64,000 nt of DNA from a candidate division FCPU426 bacterium (GTDB taxonomy: Bacteria; Oederibacteriota; Muellerivitia; Muellerivitales; Muellerivitaceae). Below the pieces are notes generated by a model that had not been told where the DNA came from, did no database searches, and was given only the letters and a program-made list of their open reading frames with translations. Positions 62,478-64,000 of the stretch are shown here, one piece after another. The position numbers and the translations under genes are program-made. How positions within the stretch are numbered: the stretch's first letter is position 1; each line of letters begins with the position of its first letter. Location of the stretch: the NCBI GenBank assembly GCA_963738405.1, contig CAVTWJ010000023.1, positions 352,001 through 416,000 of the forward strand, in the 5' to 3' direction.

Positions 62478-63149
62478 ATGCGGAAACTTATGGCTTTGAT
62501 CTTCTCGTTATTGGCGGTTTTGCCGCGCATGGCCTTGGCCCAAACCCAGCCAGGAAATAACCCTATCCCCGCCGTTTCACACGCAAGAAGTAAGACAAAA
62601 AGGAAAAAGCAGGCTATTCCCAACCCCGAATTCACGCCGATTGACGTGAATCAGCAATCTTTTGAATATTACGACGCCGACTCCGGATGGTCTTTGGCCA
62701 CCTCGACCAGCTATTCCTATAAGGGGTCGCCCCTTACGGACACGAAGGATTTCGAGCGGGTTATTTCCCCCTTGAAGGACCCGGAGGCGGATAGCCTTCT
62801 TCAATCGGCGGCGGATGAGGACGGCTGGGGCCAGGGCTTTTTATGGGGCGGGATCGCCCTGGAAGCGGCGGGCTGGACCGACTTTACGGTAGAAATGCTC
62901 GGCATGGAATCGACCGATGCTTCAGGCCATATCACCGACCATGTTCCCAATATGGTGCCTTCCACCCTCATGATCCTGGGAGGGGTGGGGGCCATTCTGA
63001 AGGGGGTCTTTACCCAGATCGACGCCACAACCGACCGGGCCAGCGCCGTAGAGCGCTATAACGCGGTGGTTCAAACCGACAATAACCTGTCGATGATGGT
63101 TCTGCCGGGTACCCAGGCGGTTGGATTAAGCCTCACCCAGGCCTTTTGA
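62478..63149 (+). CDS. Secreted or membrane hypothetical protein
   Basis: GGAGG RBS, signal peptide, glycine-rich hydrophobic hairpin, AVERYN, terminal F. Confidence 0.65.
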   Translation: MRKLMALIFSLLAVLPRMALAQTQPGNNPIPAVSHARSKTKRKKQAIPNPEFTPIDVNQQSFEYYDADSGWSLATSTSYSYKGSPLTDTKDFERVISPLKDPEADSLLQSAADEDGWGQGFLWGGIALEAAGWTDFTVEMLGMESTDASGHITDHVPNMVPSTLMILGGVGAILKGVFTQIDATTDRASAVERYNAVVQTDNNLSMMVLPGTQAVGLSLTQAF

Positions 63150-63180
63150 GAGGGGATTAGGCGGATACCCCAAAATTCCG

Positions 63181-63485
63181 TTATTTTGCTTGTCGGATAC
63201 TCCGACAAGCAAAACCCTTGTTTTATGGCCTATGGGGTTGAGCCAACCCGGTTTGTCCAGAGTCTGGACAAAATAATTGGCCGCAAGATCAAAAGTCCTA
63301 AATTCCTTTATTTTGCGTGTCCGAGTATCGGACACTGAAAATAAGGGTTTCCGTGATTTTTTGGGAAATTCCCAAAATATTCAAAAACCCCTTATTTTTA
63401 GGTGCGGATACTCCGCACAGCAAAATCCTTATTTTATGGCCTATGAGGGTTGAATCCATTTGATTTGACCGAAGTCCGGGCAAAA
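63181..63485. repeat. REP/BIME-like mosaic of hairpins containing a ~93-bp diverged direct repeat
   Basis: Stems at 63184-63214, 63252-63272, 63317-63335, 63359-63377, 63402-63418; 63181-63273 resembles 63392-63485. Confidence 0.75.
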
Positions 63486-63513
63486 GTGCCACTTTCCCTA
63501 TTGGGATCGGGGG

Positions 63514-63999
63514 CTAAAACCTCTGGATGAATACCAATCCCGGCAGGTTCATTTGAGGCATAAGCATCATCGATAGGTTCTTATCAGGTGCCACCAGATG
63601 GTTATAGCGAATAACGGCCCCATGAAGGTTTTGGCTGGCGTTGCCCTCTAAAATTAAACCGATGATCGCCAAAGCTCCACCGGCCCCTCCCATCACCCAG
63701 GCCAAGGTCGTATCGGGCGGGGTATAGGTAGTCGTCGTAAGGGGCACCGGGAATGGCGCGTTGTTCGCAGTCGTCTTGCTTGTGCCAGAAGCGGTCGCAT
63801 AGTAAACAACTCCCCCAACGACCAGGAGGCCGCCCGCTATATCGAAAACATCACTTAAGGATTTTTGGCCAGCAGCAGTCTTTAACAAACGGCTCGCTTC
63901 CGGATCATTGAGAGGGTCTATCACAGCCTTTATTTGTTCATAATTCTGCAATTGACGCCCTTGATAATAAAGATCCTCGGAAGGTTTCTTGTCCGTTCC
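63514..63999 (-). CDS. Hypothetical protein, paralog of 62478-63149 (5' partial)
   Basis: VIDPLNDPEA, RYN...NLSMM..P, terminal F; frame open to window edge. Confidence 0.65.
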   Translation of the reverse strand, partial: GTDKKPSEDLYYQGRQLQNYEQIKAVIDPLNDPEASRLLKTAAGQKSLSDVFDIAGGLLVVGGVVYYATASGTSKTTANNAPFPVPLTTTTYTPPDTTLAWVMGGAGGALAIIGLILEGNASQNLHGAVIRYNHLVAPDKNLSMMLMPQMNLPGLVFIQRF

Positions 64000-64000
64000 G

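Overview
Bacterial chromosomal window, GC-rich overall, with no rRNA, tRNA, canonical CRISPR array, transposase or integrase recognised. It is dominated by cell-envelope genes. One group is a glycan-building cluster (UDP-glucuronate decarboxylase-like enzyme, two B12-binding radical SAM enzymes, GT4/GT2/GT9 glycosyltransferases, a flippase-like protein) plus four YfhO-like and two other GT-C-like membrane proteins. Another group is a set of secreted Thr/Pro-rich proteins; five secreted proteins end in a FlgD-Ig/T9SS-like C-terminal domain, including a tandem pair of ~1.3-kaa paralogs with different Cys-rich tips. Housekeeping genes include a pseudouridine synthase, lemA, dksA/traR, dapF, ilvD, a ROK kinase, a GH57 branching enzyme and crcB. 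The most unusual part is an AT-richer insert (~14480-17400). It carries two nuclease-like genes, a pair of ~68-bp cassette-like direct repeats placed just after stop codons, and an array of 19 copies of a 12-bp semi-palindromic motif at ~21-bp period with unique spacers. A mosaic of covarying hairpins lies between two convergent paralogs at 63.2-63.5 kb. All calls come from reading motifs by eye; no database search was run.
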